DNA from: Alphaproteobacteria bacterium
Lineage (GTDB): Bacteria > Pseudomonadota > Alphaproteobacteria > UBA828
Direction of reading: 5' to 3'
NCBI GenBank assembly: GCA_963422645.2
Contig: CAXXVO010000004.1
Coordinates: 160,001 to 224,000, forward strand
Length of the DNA stretch: 64,000 nt
This document shows, one piece after another, positions 20,085 through 30,704 of this stretch (position 1 is its first letter; each line of letters begins with the position of its first letter). The notes below the pieces were generated by a model. It worked only from the letters and a program-made list of their open reading frames with translations, did no database searches and was not told where the DNA came from. A program made the position numbers and the translations under genes.

Positions 20085-21263
20085 TTGGCCGCCTTCGCGC
20101 TCGACTGGCTCAATCTCCTGATTCGCTGGGCGCACATGATCGCCGGCATCGGCTGGATCGGCACCTCCTTCTATTTCATCGCTCTCGACGTCGCGCTGAA
20201 GAAGCGCGAGAAGATGAAGGAAGGCGTGCTGGGCACCGCATGGCAGGTGCACGGCGGCGGCTTCTACCATGTCGAGAAGTTCACCGTTGCGCCGAAGGAG
20301 CTGCCCGGCGACCTGATCTGGTTCAAGTGGGAAGCCTATCTGACCTGGTTTACCGGCTTCCTGCTTCTGGTCGTGCAGTTCTACCTCAGTGCCGGCACCT
20401 GGATGATCGACCCCGAGGTCCTGGACCTCGAGCCTTTGCACGCGGTCGGCATCTCGGTGGGGAGCCTCGCCGTCGGCTGGTTCGTCTATGACGGCCTCTG
20501 CCGCTCGACCGTCGGCAGCCGACCGACCCTGCTCGCCATCGCGGCATTTCTGTGGGTTCTCTTAGCGGCTTACCTCTACACCAACGTCTTCTCCGGCCGC
20601 GCCGCGTTGATCCATGTCGGTGCCTTCATCGGCACCCTCATGGCGGCCAACGTGTTCGCGGTGATCATTCCCAACCAGAAGAAAATCACGAAGGCCCTGA
20701 TAGAGGAGCGGGAGCCGGACCCCAAGTTTGGCGCCATCGGCAAGCAGCGCTCGGTCCACAACACTTATCTGACGCTGCCGGTGCTCGTGACCATGGTGGG
20801 CGGGCACTACCCGATGCTGTCCGCGCATTCCCAGGCCTGGCTGATCGTCGCCTTCGTCATCGTCGGCGGCGCCTGCCTGCGCCACGCCTTCATCCGCCAC
20901 GAGGCGGGCGTCCCCTTCGCCGGTTTCGCCTGGACCCTGCCCGTCATGCTGCTCGCGCTTGCCGCGGCCGTGTGGATGACCTCGCCCCAGCAGCGGGAGA
21001 CGCTGGATCTCGAGGTTTCGGACGTGGAGGTCATGGCCATCGTGGACAAGCACTGCGTGTCCTGCCACGCCGCGAGCCCGAGCCATGAGAGCTTCGACAC
21101 CCCGCCCAAGGACATCGTGCTCGAGACCATCGACGACCTGCACCGCCACGCGGAGCTGGTGGACAAATTCACGGTCCAGACCCGCACCATGCCGCTGGGC
21201 AACGAGACCGAGATGACCGACGAAGAGCGCGCGCAGCTCGGCGCCTGGATCGACGACAGGTAG
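20085..21263 (+). CDS. puuD: Membrane urate hydroxylase with C-terminal cytochrome c
   Basis: RWAHMIAGIGWIGTSFYF, VHGGGFY, WFKWEAY, IIPNQ, RSVHNTYLTLPV, CVSCH heme motif, MPLGN. Confidence 0.93.
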   Translation: MAAFALDWLNLLIRWAHMIAGIGWIGTSFYFIALDVALKKREKMKEGVLGTAWQVHGGGFYHVEKFTVAPKELPGDLIWFKWEAYLTWFTGFLLLVVQFYLSAGTWMIDPEVLDLEPLHAVGISVGSLAVGWFVYDGLCRSTVGSRPTLLAIAAFLWVLLAAYLYTNVFSGRAALIHVGAFIGTLMAANVFAVIIPNQKKITKALIEEREPDPKFGAIGKQRSVHNTYLTLPVLVTMVGGHYPMLSAHSQAWLIVAFVIVGGACLRHAFIRHEAGVPFAGFAWTLPVMLLALAAAVWMTSPQQRETLDLEVSDVEVMAIVDKHCVSCHAASPSHESFDTPPKDIVLETIDDLHRHAELVDKFTVQTRTMPLGNETEMTDEERAQLGAWIDDR

Positions 21264-21267
21264 GACG

Positions 21268-21801
21268 ATGGGCGGCAGGGCGGAGGACATGCTCCTCACC
21301 ATCGACGATCTCAACCGGATGGCCGTCTCCGAGTTCGCCGCGAGGTTCGGCGACGTGGCGGAGCATTCGCCCTGGGTCGCCGAGCGTGCCGCCGGCGCCC
21401 GCCCCTTTGCCGACCGTGGCGCGGTCGCCCAAGCCTTTGCCACTGCCCTGCGCGGCGCGGCGCGGGACGAGCAAGTGGCCGTGCTGCGCGCGCATCCGGA
21501 TCTCGCCGGCCGGGCGGCGGTCAGCGGCGAATTGGCCGAGGAATCCCGAAAGGAGCAGGCGGGCGCGGGCCTCGACCGGCTCACGCTTGCGGAATTCGAA
21601 CACTTCACAGCGCTCAATACGGCCTACAAGGAGCGCTTCGGGATCCCCTTCATCTTCGCGGTCAAGGGCGCGACCAAGGAGCTGATTCTCGCCGCCTTCG
21701 AAGAGCGTCTCGCCAACTGGCTGGAGGACGAGCTGAAGAACGCTATCGACAATGTCTGCCGCATCATGCGCTTCCGCATCGATGATCGGGTCGCGGGATG
21801 A
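21268..21801 (+). CDS. uraD: OHCU decarboxylase
   Basis: EHSPWVA, AHPDLAG, SRKEQAGAGL, LNTAYKERFGIPFIFAVKG; start may be 21289. Confidence 0.94.
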   Translation: MGGRAEDMLLTIDDLNRMAVSEFAARFGDVAEHSPWVAERAAGARPFADRGAVAQAFATALRGAARDEQVAVLRAHPDLAGRAAVSGELAEESRKEQAGAGLDRLTLAEFEHFTALNTAYKERFGIPFIFAVKGATKELILAAFEERLANWLEDELKNAIDNVCRIMRFRIDDRVAG

Positions 21802-23162
21802 CAACGGGCGCCGATGCCGCAGCACGGGTTCTGCGCGGCCGCACGGTGAGCTTCAGGAACGATCCCCGCGTGGTCGGCCCCGACCGGGCGATGCAGAGCC
21901 AGGACGACGGCGCGGTGGTCGTGGGCCAACGAGGCCGCATCCTGTGGCACGGCGCCTTCGCCGACCTGCCGCCGGAGCACGCCTTGGCTCCCAGCGAGCG
22001 CTACGACCGCGAGGTCATCCTGCCGGGATTTATCGACGCGCACGTTCACTTCCCGCAGCACCGCATGCTGGCGGCGCCCGCGCACGACCTGCTCGAATGG
22101 CTCGAGCGCTTCGCCTTCCCAGAGGAGGCGCGATACGCCGACGCGGACCATGCCGCAGCAGCGGCGGAGAGCTTTCTCAACAAGCTCGTGAGCCACGGCA
22201 CAACCAGCGCCCTGGTCTTCTCCTCGGTGCATGGCCAGGCGGCCGACTGTCTCTTTCGGGCGGCGCAGCGGCGCGGCCTTTGTCTGGCAACGGGCGCGAC
22301 CATGATGGACTGCAACGCGCCGCCGGCCGTGACTCGGGACGCCGAAACGAGCGCCCGGGAGAGCGCCGGGCTCATCGCGTCGTGGCACGAGGTGGATCGC
22401 CTGCGCTACGCGCTCACGGTGCGTTTCGCCGTCACGTCGAGCGAAGAGCAGCTTCGCGTGGCCGGCGAGCTCCTGGCCGACAATCCCGGTTGCCTGCTCC
22501 ACACGCATCTCTCGGAGAGCGTTGCGGAGATCGAGCTGGTGCAGCGGCTGTTTCCCTGGTCGAAGGACTACACCGACGTTTACGAGCGCTTCGGCCTCGT
22601 GGGCGAAAGCGCCGTCTTCGCCCACGGCATCCATCTCTCGGAACGCGAATGCCAGGCCCTGCACGACGCAGACTCGATGGTCGTCCTCTGCCCGACCTCG
22701 AACGCGTTTCTGGGATCGGGCCTGTTCGACATCGATAATCTGAGCGCGGCCCCGCGTCCGGTCAGGGTGGGCGTCGCCAGCGACATCGGCGGCGGCACCA
22801 GCTACTCCCTGCTCCAGACGCTTGCAGAGGCGTACAAGATTTCCCGGCTGAAGGGCTGCAGCTTCAACGCCTTCGACGGGTTCTACCTCGCCACCCTGGG
22901 CAACGCGCGCGGCCTCCGCCTCGATGCCGAGATCGGCACGCTCGATGCCGGCCGCTGGGCCGATGTCGTGGTCCTCGATCCGTGCGCGACGCCGGTGCTG
23001 GCGGCTCGCCAAGAGCTCTCGGAGAGCCTGGAGGACATGCTCTTCGCGCTGATGATGCTGGGCGACGACCGCGCCGTGCGGGCGGTCTACATCAAGGGCG
23101 AGAAGGTCGCCGGCCGGGATCGGGGCGACGGCGAAGGCCTTCCCCATGGTGAGTTTCGATGA
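21798..23162 (+). CDS. guaD: Guanine deaminase
   Basis: PGFIDAHVHFPQ, LLEWL, RFAVTSS, HTHLSE, CPTSNAFLGSG, SDIGGGTS. Confidence 0.93.
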   Translation: MTTGADAAARVLRGRTVSFRNDPRVVGPDRAMQSQDDGAVVVGQRGRILWHGAFADLPPEHALAPSERYDREVILPGFIDAHVHFPQHRMLAAPAHDLLEWLERFAFPEEARYADADHAAAAAESFLNKLVSHGTTSALVFSSVHGQAADCLFRAAQRRGLCLATGATMMDCNAPPAVTRDAETSARESAGLIASWHEVDRLRYALTVRFAVTSSEEQLRVAGELLADNPGCLLHTHLSESVAEIELVQRLFPWSKDYTDVYERFGLVGESAVFAHGIHLSERECQALHDADSMVVLCPTSNAFLGSGLFDIDNLSAAPRPVRVGVASDIGGGTSYSLLQTLAEAYKISRLKGCSFNAFDGFYLATLGNARGLRLDAEIGTLDAGRWADVVVLDPCATPVLAARQELSESLEDMLFALMMLGDDRAVRAVYIKGEKVAGRDRGDGEGLPHGEFR

Positions 23163-23926
23163 AGGCGCATGACGTCATGCGACCGGGACGGGTGGCCGTT
23201 GCTGCGCTCGGCGTCGCCGCGGTGCTGCTCTTTGCCGGACCTGGCGCCACCACGGCCGCCGACGACCCGTTCGCCGAGGCCCGCGCCGCCATGGTGCAGG
23301 CCGTTGCCGAGACGACTGAAGAGACCGCCGAGTGGATCGGCAAGACGGAGCTGGAGCCCCGGGTGATGGAAGCGATGGGGCGGGTGCCGCGCCATCTCTT
23401 CGTGCCGCCAGATCTGGAGGACCTCGGCTACCTCAACAGGCCGCTCCCCATCGGCTACGGCCAGACCATCTCGCAGCCCTACATCGTCGCGTTGATGACC
23501 GATCTGCTGGAGCCCGAGCCTGACCACGTGGCATTCGAGCTCGGCACCGGGTCGAGCTATCAGGCGGCGGTGCTGGCCGAGCTCGTGGCCGAGGTCTACA
23601 CGGTGGAGATCGTGCCGCCGCTCGCGGCGAGCGCCACGGACCGGCTCGATGCACTCGGCTACGACAACGTGACCGTACGTGCCGGCGACGGTTACCACGG
23701 TTGGCCCGAGCATGCGCCCTTCGACATCATTGTCGTCACGGCAGCCGCGAGCCACGTGCCGCCGCCCCTCATCGCCCAGCTCAAGCCGGGCGGGCGCATG
23801 GTGATACCGGTGGGCAGCCCCTTCCTCACTCAGCATCTGCTGCTGGTCGAGAAGGGGATGGATGGCGCCGTGACCAGCCGCCAGATTTTGCCGGTCATAT
23901 TCGTTCCGCTGACCGGCGGGCACTGA
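23159..23926 (+). CDS. pcm: Protein-L-isoaspartate O-methyltransferase with signal-peptide-like N-terminus
   Basis: VPRHLFVP, PLPIGYGQTISQPYIVALMT, ELGTGSSYQAAVLA, GDGYHGWPEHAPFD, QLKPGGRMVIPVG. Confidence 0.9.
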   Translation: MKAHDVMRPGRVAVAALGVAAVLLFAGPGATTAADDPFAEARAAMVQAVAETTEETAEWIGKTELEPRVMEAMGRVPRHLFVPPDLEDLGYLNRPLPIGYGQTISQPYIVALMTDLLEPEPDHVAFELGTGSSYQAAVLAELVAEVYTVEIVPPLAASATDRLDALGYDNVTVRAGDGYHGWPEHAPFDIIVVTAAASHVPPPLIAQLKPGGRMVIPVGSPFLTQHLLLVEKGMDGAVTSRQILPVIFVPLTGGH

Positions 23927-23932
23927 CGCAGC

Positions 23933-26404
23933 GTGACGGGCGAAGGGGCGGGCGAGAGAACGCAGGGCCCGTCCCGTCTCGGCGTCTTTATTGCCGTGGC
24001 GCTGCTGTCCGGCGGCGTGCTGGGCTACGAAATCCTGCTCGCGCGCCTGCTGGCGATCGTCCACTGGCACCACTTCGCCTACATGATCATCGCGGTGGCG
24101 CTGCTGGGTTTCGGCGCGGCGGGCAGCCTGGTGGCGGTGCTCCAGCGTCTGCTCCTCGCGCGCTTTCGCTGGGCCTTCGGAGCCGCCGCGCTGGGCTTCG
24201 GGGTGGGAGCGCCGCTGGCCTTCGCGCTCGCGCAGTCGCTCCCCTTCAACGCGCTTGAGATCGCGTGGGACCGCGCCCAGCTCGGCTGGCTCTTCGCTCT
24301 CTACCTCGTGCTGTCGCTGCCGTTTTTCAGTGCGGCGCTGGCCCTGGCACTGGCCTTTCGGGCGCACGCCGCGCGCGCCGGCGCGCTCTACCGCATGGAC
24401 CTGGTGGGCGCGGGCCTCGGCGCCCTCGGCATGGTCTTTCTGCTGGATGCGCTGCCGCTCGCCGATGCACTGAGGGCGGTGGGACTCTGCGGTGCCATCG
24501 CGGGTGGGGTAGTCCTGCTGTGGGGGAAGGGGCGACGACTCGCGCGGGGCGGCGCGCTGCTTGCGGTGTGTGCGGGGCTCACTCTGCCGGCGGCGCTCCC
24601 CGATCACTGGCTGCGCCCGCATCCCTCGCCCTACAAGGGGCTGAGCCTTGCGCTGACCGCGCCCGATGCCCGCATCGTGGCGGAGCGTCACGGCCCGCTC
24701 GGCTGGCTCGCTGCGGTGGAGAGCCCGATGGTGCCGTTCCGCTACGCCCCCGGCCTCAGCCTCATGGCGCCCGCCGGCCCGCCGGAACAGGTCGGCCTCT
24801 TCACCGACGGCGGCGCGCCCAGCGCGATCACCCGCGCCGACGCCGACCTGCGTTATCTGGAAGCCGAGACCGCCGCGCTCCCCTACCACTTGGTGGACCG
24901 CCCGCGCGCGCTGGTGCTGGGCGCCGGCGGCGGGGCCGAGGTGCTGCGGGCGCTGCGCCACGGCGCCAGCGCGGTCGACGCGGTGGAGCTCAATCCGGAC
25001 GTGCTCGATATCGTGCGCGACGTACTCACGGGCGCGCCGGGCGGCCAATGGGGGGGCGAGAGCGTCCGGACGCATGCGGCCGACGCCCGCAGCTTTGCCG
25101 CGCGTTCATCCGAACAGTGGGACCTGATCCAGATCGCGTTGGTGGATTCCTTCAGCGCTGCGGCGGCGGGCGTACACGCGCTCGACGAATCGTTGCTCTA
25201 CACGGTGGAAGCGTTAGAGACCTTCCTGGATCGCCTTGCGCCGGGGGGTGTGCTCGCCGTCACCCGCTGGCTCAAGCTGCCGCCGCGGGATTCGCTCAGG
25301 TTGCTCTGGACGGCGCGGCAGGCACTGGAGGGGCGGGGTGTCGCCGATCCGGCATCGCGACTGATCATGATTCGCGGCTGGAAGACCACGACGCTGGTGA
25401 TCGGGGGCGGGCCATTCGGTGAACGTGCGATCGAGGGCCTGCGCGCGTTTGCCGAGGCGTACGCGTTCGACCTGGTCTGGTATCCGGGAATCGTCGAGGG
25501 CGACGTCAACCGTCACAACCGCCTGGCTGCGCCCGAGTTCTATCGCGGTGCCGCTGCTATTCTGGGCCCCGACCCGGAGGGCTTCGCGGCCCGCTACAAG
25601 TTTATGCTCAGGCCCGCGACTGACGACCGGCCGTTCTTCTTTCACACGCTCAAGTGGTCGACGCTACCCGAGCTGCTCGCGTTGCGCGCGCAGGGTGGGC
25701 TGCCGCTGATCGAATGGGGCTTCGTGATCCTGGTCGCAACGCTGGTGCAGGCGTCGATTGCCGCGATCCTGCTGATCCTCTTGCCCTTACTCGCGCTCCG
25801 TACCCCCCGCGAGTCAGGTGCGCAGACGCCCGCCCGCTGGCGCGTCGTGCTCTTTTTTGCGAGCCTGGGATTGGCGTTCCTCTTCGTCGAGATCGCCTTC
25901 ATGCAGCGTTTTGCGGTGTTTCTCGGGCATCCGCTCTACGCCATCGCGGTGGTGCTGGCCGGTCTGCTGGTCTTCGCCGGCTTGGGCGCTGGCGCGACCG
26001 ACCGCCTCGCGCGCCTTGCCGGTCGTCGGCCGCCCATCGTGATCGCGGCGGCCGGAATCATCATCGTCGGCGGCGCCTATCTCGGCCTCCTGCCCTGGGT
26101 GTTCGAGGCGGCGCAGGGATGGCCGACTGCTGCGCGCCTCGCCGTGGCGCTCGCGCTGCTCGGGCCCATCGGCTTCCTTCTGGGTATGCCCTTCCCGCTC
26201 GGTCTCAAGGCGCTCGGCGCCCGGGCGCCTGCGCTCGTGCCCTGGGCCTGGGGGATCAACGCCTGCGCCTCGGTGGTGAGCGCGTCGCTCGCGACCTTCA
26301 TCGCGCTCCATATCGGCTTCACGCCCGTGCTCGGCTGTGCTTTGGTGCTCTATGTCCTCGCCGCGGCCTTCCCGCCGCAGATGGCAGGCGACGCCCATCG
26401 TTAG
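23933..26404 (+). CDS. Polytopic membrane protein with central spermidine-synthase-like SAM-binding domain
   Basis: Hydrophobic N- and C-terminal blocks; LVLGAGGG, AVELNP, DARSF, LYTVE, PATDDRPFF, WAWGIN. Confidence 0.8.
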   Translation: MTGEGAGERTQGPSRLGVFIAVALLSGGVLGYEILLARLLAIVHWHHFAYMIIAVALLGFGAAGSLVAVLQRLLLARFRWAFGAAALGFGVGAPLAFALAQSLPFNALEIAWDRAQLGWLFALYLVLSLPFFSAALALALAFRAHAARAGALYRMDLVGAGLGALGMVFLLDALPLADALRAVGLCGAIAGGVVLLWGKGRRLARGGALLAVCAGLTLPAALPDHWLRPHPSPYKGLSLALTAPDARIVAERHGPLGWLAAVESPMVPFRYAPGLSLMAPAGPPEQVGLFTDGGAPSAITRADADLRYLEAETAALPYHLVDRPRALVLGAGGGAEVLRALRHGASAVDAVELNPDVLDIVRDVLTGAPGGQWGGESVRTHAADARSFAARSSEQWDLIQIALVDSFSAAAAGVHALDESLLYTVEALETFLDRLAPGGVLAVTRWLKLPPRDSLRLLWTARQALEGRGVADPASRLIMIRGWKTTTLVIGGGPFGERAIEGLRAFAEAYAFDLVWYPGIVEGDVNRHNRLAAPEFYRGAAAILGPDPEGFAARYKFMLRPATDDRPFFFHTLKWSTLPELLALRAQGGLPLIEWGFVILVATLVQASIAAILLILLPLLALRTPRESGAQTPARWRVVLFFASLGLAFLFVEIAFMQRFAVFLGHPLYAIAVVLAGLLVFAGLGAGATDRLARLAGRRPPIVIAAAGIIIVGGAYLGLLPWVFEAAQGWPTAARLAVALALLGPIGFLLGMPFPLGLKALGARAPALVPWAWGINACASVVSASLATFIALHIGFTPVLGCALVLYVLAAAFPPQMAGDAHR

Positions 26405-26428
26405 CATCAGCCCCTGGAGAGACCGGCG

Positions 26429-27129
26429 ATGAAGTTCCTCGTGCTCCAGCACATCGACATCGAGCATCCGGGCATATTTCGCGACTTCATGCGCGAAGAC
26501 GGAGTCGCCTGGGATGCGGTCGAGCTCGACGAGGGCGAGGCGATCCCGTCTCTAGAGGGCTACGACGCGCTGATTTCCATGGGCGGGCCGATGGATGTCT
26601 TCGAGGAGGAGGCGCATCCCTGGCTTGCAGACGAGAAGGTGGCCATTCGCGAGGCCGTGGCGGAACGCGAGATGCCCTTCCTCGGCGTCTGCCTGGGCCA
26701 TCAGCTCCTCGCCGATGCGCTCGGCGGCCGGGTGGGAACCATGGCCGAGCCCGAGGTCGGCATCATGACGGTCGACCTCACGGAAGCGGGGCGAGCGGAC
26801 CCGCTGCTCGCCGGGCTCGATTCGACCGTGACCTGCTTGCAATGGCACGGCTGCGCGGTGACCGCCATGCCCGAGGGCGGCGTCAGCCTTGCGTCATCGC
26901 CGCTCTGCGCGGTCCAGGCCTTCCGGGGGTCGGGCGCCACGCCTACGGGCTGCAGTATCACGTGGAACTGACGCCGACGACGGTCTCCGACTGGGGCGCC
27001 GTACCCGCCTACCAGGATTCGCTGGAACGGGCGCTGGGCTCCGACGGTCTCGCGCCCTTCGAGGCAGAGGCCGCGCGAAACATGCCGTCCTTCAACCGCG
27101 ACGCCCGCATCCTTTACGATAATTTGTAA
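26429..27129 (+). pseudogene. Type 1 glutamine amidotransferase, frameshifted and 3'-clipped by IS66-A
   Basis: MGGPM, LGVCLGHQLLA, QWHG, then YGLQYHVE in another frame after G5 at 26925-26929; original end FMELVRSP* displaced to about 30682-30708. Confidence 0.85.
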
Positions 27130-30100
27130 CTGCCCAGGTTCTTGCTGTGAAAATTCGTAACTGCCCAGGTTCTTGCTGTGAAAATTCTCTGGGATTCGGC
27201 ACAACGCTACCCACGCGACGCCCGTGTGCTCCTCTGGGGTCGCCGGGTTTCACAGCTCACGATGCCCCTCTTGCGGACTGCGACCGGTAAGCTACCCCGA
27301 TGTGGCCCGAAGTCCGCCCGCGCGACGGGCACCGATTTTCATTCTATGGGGTGGTCCAGCACGGCGTCGACCATGATCGTTTATGAGAATGGCTCCGCTG
27401 TTGGAGAACCCGTGCCAGGTGAGCTTACGCGCACTTGACGGTGGCGATGAGCCGATCCGATGGGCTGGTCAGGGCTTCGATGATATTCCAGCCCTGCTTT
27501 CTGGCGGTGGTGATGACGCTGCGCAGGATGGCGAAGTTCTCGGCCCCCTGCGCGGACCGGAAGCCCCCGGAGATCTTCTGGCGCAGCTTCATCATCCGAA
27601 GGTCGCGCTCGGCCTCGTTGTTCGTGAACCCGACCTCGAGGTCGATCAGGAACCGGAGCACCGCGCATTTGTGGTCGCGCAGCCTCAAGGCCAGATTGTG
27701 ACCGATCCTTCGCTTCCGGCGCTTCTTCCTCTTGCCAGGCGAGAACGGTGGTTGGCTCTCGTGAAAGGCCAGCGCATCGGCGATGATCTCGTCGTATCGG
27801 CGCTCGATCAGCGCCACAAGCCTCGCCGGAACGGCGATATCCTTGTCCAGCGCGATGCGGGCGGCGCGATTGGCTCGGCGCAGGAGCTGCTGCATCCGCC
27901 GGGCCCAAGCCTCCCCTTCGATGTCCACCAGCGCCTGCAACTCCCGCAGGTGATGGGCGTTGCACAGGCCGTGCTCCACCCCTTCCATCGCGAAGTACGG
28001 CTTCCAGTGATCGTGCACGACGATGCCGGAGACACCCGAGAGCAGGGCGCCGCGCTTGCCGCTGACCCGGTACGCCGCCAGCAGCGGCGTGTGACCGCCA
28101 CCCCGGCAATGCGCGGGCCGTACTGCACCGGCGCCGACACCCCGTCGGGGAACGCCGCCCGGGTCACCGTCCCGCAATGCCCGCAGCACTTGGCATGCGC
28201 CCGGTGCTCGGTCACCTCCAGGGGGCTCGGCTCGGGCAGATCGAACACCTGGCGGGCGACGGGCGTTCCCGCCCTGGCCGCGTCCGAAAGCGGCGAACCG
28301 CATCCCTTGCAGGAAGCCGGGACGTGATCCTTCACCCGATCCGGGTGATCGGCGCGGCGCAGCATCTTGCCCTTGTGGCCGGGCTGGCCACCGGGCTTGC
28401 GGCCCGATTTGCCGCGCAGGCTTCGGGTTCGCCGCTTCGAATTCGGCTTCCTCAGCCCATCGCTCGAAGGCGGCTTGCCGCTGTTGCCGCTGTTGAGGCC
28501 GAGACGGCGCTCCAACTCCTCGATGCGCTCGACGAGACGCGCGACTTGCTCTTCCAGCCGCGCGTTCTGCTGCCGAAGCCAGGCATTTTCCTCCCGAAGC
28601 CGGGCGTTCTCCTCCTCCAGGCGGGCGATCTTCTGCGCGGGCGTTTCGGGCGCTGCTCCCGTCGAAGGGCCGCGCGGCGACTCGGGATTGCTCATGTCGT
28701 TGTTGAGTCATTTCCCGAAATTCCCGTCAAGCCCTTTCCACCAACTCCGAACGAGAAACGCCTCAATCCACTGGCCCAAAATGACAAATCAGACGACCTG
28801 GGCAGTTACGAAAATTCTCTGGGATTCGGCACAACGCTACCCACGCGACGCCCGTGTGCTCCTCTGTGGTCGCCGGGTTTCACAGCTCACGATGCCCCTC
28901 TTGCGGACTGCGACCGGTAAGCTACCCCGATGTGGCCCGAAGTCCGCCCGCGCGACGGGCACCGATTTTCATTCTATGGGGTGGTCCAGCACGGCGTCGA
29001 CCATGATCGTTTATGAGAATGGCTCCGCTGTTGGAGAACCCGTGCCAGGTGAGCTTACGCGCACTTGACGGTGGCGATGAGCCGATCCGATGGGCTGGTC
29101 AGGGCTTCGATGATATTCCAGCCCTGCTTTCTGGCGGTGGTGATGACGCTGCGCAGGATGGCGAAGTTCTCGGCCCCCTGCGCGGACCGGAAGCCCCCGG
29201 AGATCTTCTGGCGCAGCTTCATCATCCGAAGGTCGCGCTCGGCCTCGTTGTTCGTGAACCCGACCTCGAGGTCGATCAGGAACCGGAGCACCGCGCATTT
29301 GTGGTCGCGCAGCCTCAAGGCCAGATTGTGACCGATCCTTCGCTTCCGGCGCTTCTTCCTCTTGCCAGGCGAGAACGGTGGTTGGCTCTCGTGAAAGGCC
29401 AGCGCATCGGCGATGATCTCGTCGTATCGGCGCTCGATCAGCGCCACAAGCCTCGCCGGAACGGCGATATCCTTGTCCAGCGCGATGCGGGCGGCGCGAT
29501 TGGCTCGGCGCAGGAGCTGCTGCATCCGCCGGGCCCAAGCCTCCCCTTCGATGTCCACCAGCGCCTGCAACTCCCGCAGGTGATGGGCGTTGCACAGGCC
29601 GTGCTCCACCCCTTCCATCGCGAAGTACGGCTTCCAGTGATCGTGCACGACGATGCCGGAGACACCCGAGAGCAGGGCGCCGCGCTTGCCGCTGACCCGG
29701 TACGCCGCCAGCAGCGGCGTGCAGATCACATGAAGCCACTGCGTCTGACCGCCGATCCGCAAGCCGGTCTCGTCCATGTGTTTCACCCGCGCCGTGCCCG
29801 CCGCCAGGTCCTGTATGTGCAAGGCCGCGTCCCGCAAGCCGCTCGGCCGCCCTCTCGCTCATCGTCGCCAACGTCGCAGCCGTCACCGGCGCGCCGAAGA
29901 GCTCGGCCATCACCTGCGACAGCCGATCCTCCGGCAGGAAGTGAGCGTGCTGAAGGTAGACCGCCACCCCGGCAATGCGCGGGCCGTACTGCACCGGCGC
30001 CGACACCCCGTCGGGGAACGCCGCCCGGGTCACCGTCCCGCAATGCCCGCAGCACTTGGCATGCGCCCGGTGCTCGGTCACCTCCAGGGGGCTCGGCTCG

Positions 30101-30675
30101 GGCAGATCGAACACCTGGCGGGCGACGGGCGTTCCCGCCCTGGCCGCGTCCGAAAGCGGCGAACCGCATCCCTTGCAGGAAGCCGGGACGTGATCCTTCA
30201 CCCGATCCGGGTGATCGGCGCGGCGCAGCGTCTTGCCCTTGTGGCCGGGCTGGCCACCGGGCTTGCGGCCCGATTTGCCGCGCAGGCTTCGGGTTCGCCG
30301 CTTCGAATTCGGCTTCCTCAGCCCATCGCTCGAAGGCGGCTTGCCGCTGTTGCCGCTGTTGAGGCCGAGACGGCGCTCCAACTCCTCGATGCGCTCGACG
30401 AGACGCGCGACTTGCTCTTCCAGCCGCGCGTTCTGCTGCCGAAGCCAGGCATTTTCCTCCCGAAGCCGGGCGTTCTCCTCCTCCAGGCGGGCGATCTTCT
30501 GCGCGGGCGTTTCGGGCGCTGCTCCCGTCGAAGGGCCGCGCGGCGACTCGGGATTGCTCATGTCGTTGTTGAGTCATTTCCCGAAATTCCCGTCAAGCCC
30601 TTTCCACCAACTCCGAACGAGAAACGCCTCAATCCACTGGCCCAAAATGACAAATCAGACGACCTGGGCAGTTAC
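27126..30675 (-). mobile_element. IS66-A copy 3 (outer); +1 frameshift at ~29836 in transposase 29055..30561
   Basis: IRs at 27126 and 30675; TSD GATAATTT at 27118-27125 and 30676-30683. Confidence 0.95.
27157..28809 (-). mobile_element. IS66-A copy 2 (inner), inserted into copy 3; net 235-bp internal deletion at ~28092
   Basis: IRs at both ends; TSD GAAAATTC at 27149-27156 and 28810-28817; 1653 bp versus 1888 bp. Confidence 0.95.
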
Positions 30676-30704
30676 GATAATTTCATGGAGTTGGTGCGCA
30701 GCCC

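Noticed and set aside
27126-27187. Apparent 31-bp tandem repeat or CRISPR-like unit
   Set aside because: Explained by IS66-A inserting into its own end with an 8-bp TSD.
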